Below are positions 22,761-24,549 of a stretch of DNA of 24,549 nucleotides, piece after piece. Where the stretch lies: IMG/VR virus record IMGVR_UViG_3300047272_000342, positions 1 through 24,549 of that record; one strand, written 5' to 3'. Every line of letters starts with the position of its first letter. Position 1 is the stretch's first letter. Under the pieces are notes generated by a model, which had not been told where the DNA came from, made no database searches, and was given only the letters and a program-made list of their open reading frames with translations. Source of the DNA: a virus. Lineage: Duplodnaviria > Caudoviricetes. Both the position numbers and the translations under genes were made by a program.

Positions 22761-24549
22761 GTGTACGACCAAATTAAAACTCAGCTAGATACTCTAGCCG
22801 AGCTAGGTGACGAACAAGTCGCCGAGCTTCAGGCAGAGATTATCTCGCAGTTTGAAATGGTTGAGGGTGAAGACCCGACTCCTGAGACAGTTGATGCTAT
22901 GACATTGTTAGCTGATTCTCTTGACATGGTTCGCGGCGAGCTTTCTCGCCGTGAGACAGCAGCCGCTGAACTTGCAGCGAAGGCTGCAGAAGCTGTTGCT
23001 CGTGTAAAGGGTGACGCTGACAGTGAGGGAGAAGAAATGGCTATTACTGAAGACGAGCCTGTAGTAGAGGAAACTCTAACAGAGGAAGCTCCAGCAGAAG
23101 ACGTAGTTCCAGCCGAAGAGGAAGCCCCAGCTGCGGAAGAAATTCCAGCAGAAGAGGAGACCACTGAGGAAGAGGCTACAGAAACCGAAGAAGAGGAAGA
23201 CAAAAAGGAGGAAGAAATGTCTACCGATGAAACAATTCAGGCATCTGCTTCTGACGAGTCAACCGCTGAGGTTGCTGCTGTCGCAGAAACTGTAGAAGAG
23301 ACCGCTGCTCCAGAGGCAGAGCTTTCAGCAACCGATGAGGTTGCAGAAGCTCCAGTCGAAGAAGCTGTCGTAGAAGCGCCAGTCGAGGCTGAAGCTGCAG
23401 TTGAAGAAACTGTAGTCGAAGCAGCCGAGGCTAGCGAAGCATCAACCGCTCAGGAAGACGGTTCTGAACTATCAACCACCACAGAGGAAGCCACTGAGCT
23501 TTCAACTGAAGTTACTGCAGAGGCAGTTGCTGAAGTTGAGACCGCTGCAGAGCTATCATCTGACGAAACTATTGAAACACCAACCGCTCTTTCGGAAGAA
23601 GAGCAGAATCAGGAGCAGGCAGTGACCGCTGCAGCAGAACAGCCTTTCGAGGCACCAGCTGACCGTCAGCCTGTAGTTCAGGAAATCGCTAACCCAGTGG
23701 CAATCACCGCTGGTGCAGACATCCCTGGTTACAGCGCGGGAAGCACCGTAAATGACCTAAACGAAGTTGCATCTCTTATGGAGAAGCGCCTTCACTCACT
23801 ACGCCGTGTTAACGGTGGCGACGGAGAGCAGCACATTGTTGCATCGTTCTCTACCTCATACTCTGAGGACCGCTTCCTAGGCACCGACGCTGAGGCTAAC
23901 ACCGCTAAGATCAACGCGAGCACCGCTCTTGTTGCATCTGGTGGCCACGCTGCTCCAGCTGAGGTTAAGTACGATATCTTCGGTATCGGCTCAACCACCA
24001 ACCGTCCAGTTCGTGACGCACTTCCTAAGTTCCAGGCAGACCGTGGCGGTATCCGCTTCGTAACCGCTCCTTCATTCGCAGCTGACACTTATGCTGACGC
24101 TGTTGGTGTATGGACCGCTGCAAACGACTCAGCTGAGACTCCTAGCCCATCGGCTAAGACCTCTCTAACTGTTTCTGCTGCTCAGGAGAACGTTGCTGTT
24201 ACTGACGCTGTAACCCTACAGCTACAGTTCGGTAACTTGATGACCCGTGCGTACCCAGAGCTAATCGCTCGCCACAACGAACTTGCTCTTGTACAGCACG
24301 CTCGTGAGGCAGAAGTTAACCTTCTATCGAAGATTAGCGCAGCTTCAACTGCAGTTACTTCTGGAACCCTAATCGGTTTTGGTCGCGACTTCTTGGTATC
24401 TGTACGCAAGGCAGCTGTTGCTTACCGTTCACGTCACCGCATTGCTCCAACTACCAAGTTGACTGCAATCGTTCCTGACTGGATCTTCGATGCAATGGCT
24501 TCTGACCTAGCAATCGCGATGCCTGGCGACAACACCATTGGTGTTAGCA
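22761..24549 (+). CDS. Major capsid protein with a long acidic N-terminal scaffold-like region (partial, runs off the window)
   Basis: GTG 22761 after AGGAGGT, with 596 stop-free codons to the window end. MYDQIKTQLDTLAEL..., an E/A/T-rich tract, ITAGADIPG, then ALVASGGHAAPAEVKYDIFG...RPVRDALPKFQADRGGIRF...FGNLMTRAYPE. This resembles cluster-B-type actinophage capsid proteins. Confidence 0.88.
   Translation, partial: MYDQIKTQLDTLAELGDEQVAELQAEIISQFEMVEGEDPTPETVDAMTLLADSLDMVRGELSRRETAAAELAAKAAEAVARVKGDADSEGEEMAITEDEPVVEETLTEEAPAEDVVPAEEEAPAAEEIPAEEETTEEEATETEEEEDKKEEEMSTDETIQASASDESTAEVAAVAETVEETAAPEAELSATDEVAEAPVEEAVVEAPVEAEAAVEETVVEAAEASEASTAQEDGSELSTTTEEATELSTEVTAEAVAEVETAAELSSDETIETPTALSEEEQNQEQAVTAAAEQPFEAPADRQPVVQEIANPVAITAGADIPGYSAGSTVNDLNEVASLMEKRLHSLRRVNGGDGEQHIVASFSTSYSEDRFLGTDAEANTAKINASTALVASGGHAAPAEVKYDIFGIGSTTNRPVRDALPKFQADRGGIRFVTAPSFAADTYADAVGVWTAANDSAETPSPSAKTSLTVSAAQENVAVTDAVTLQLQFGNLMTRAYPELIARHNELALVQHAREAEVNLLSKISAASTAVTSGTLIGFGRDFLVSVRKAAVAYRSRHRIAPTTKLTAIVPDWIFDAMASDLAIAMPGDNTIGVS

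Larger units (their letters stand above)
1..24549 (+). mobile_element. Tailed dsDNA bacteriophage genome segment (accessory genes plus packaging/head module), probably an actinophage
   Basis: Terminase-portal-prohead protease-major capsid gene order, a single coding strand, tight or overlapping gene junctions, and no host housekeeping genes. Confidence 0.95.

Noticed and set aside
23010-23650. Repetitive GAA/GCT-rich tract as a DNA repeat or CRISPR-like array
   Set aside because: It is low-complexity Glu/Ala coding sequence with no fixed repeat-spacer periodicity.
1712-24409. All minus-strand ORFs in the track (e.g. 6494-6901, 12803-13231, 22829-23203, 23792-24088)
   Set aside because: They are antisense shadows of strong + strand genes, with no RBS or motif support.

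Overview
This window is part of a tailed dsDNA phage genome with all credible genes on the + strand. The host is probably an actinobacterium (inferred from SigA-type and leaderless promoters and a mycobacteriophage cluster-B-like head module). The left part holds accessory genes: two paralogous double-HTH proteins, a secreted NlpC/P60 hydrolase, three tiny membrane proteins, an intact catalase-peroxidase (katG) and a heme oxygenase. The right part is the packaging and head module: large terminase, a DUF1360-like membrane protein, portal, a Dps mini-ferritin, head-associated proteins, a 1364-aa multidomain prohead protease and a major capsid protein with a long acidic N-terminus. The capsid gene runs off the window end and is missing from the ORF track. 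The main finding is that both giant head-module ORFs carry the same in-phase -1 slippery heptamer C CCA AAA at their 3' ends (14831-14837 and 21975-21981), each with an upstream SD-like element; the first also has a 16-bp stem-loop 6 nt downstream. The shifts would join these ORFs to start-less downstream frames. The first adds an HEXXH metallopeptidase and an ADP-ribosyltransferase-like domain, followed by a separately promoted candidate immunity gene. A shared Q-x-R-D-x-x-G-[KR]-[WFY] motif and recurrent [ILVM]-[TVQ]-A-[SAG] sites suggest capsid loading and protease processing, that is, a frameshift-dosed, virion-delivered effector system. All family assignments come from motif recognition by eye; no database search was run.
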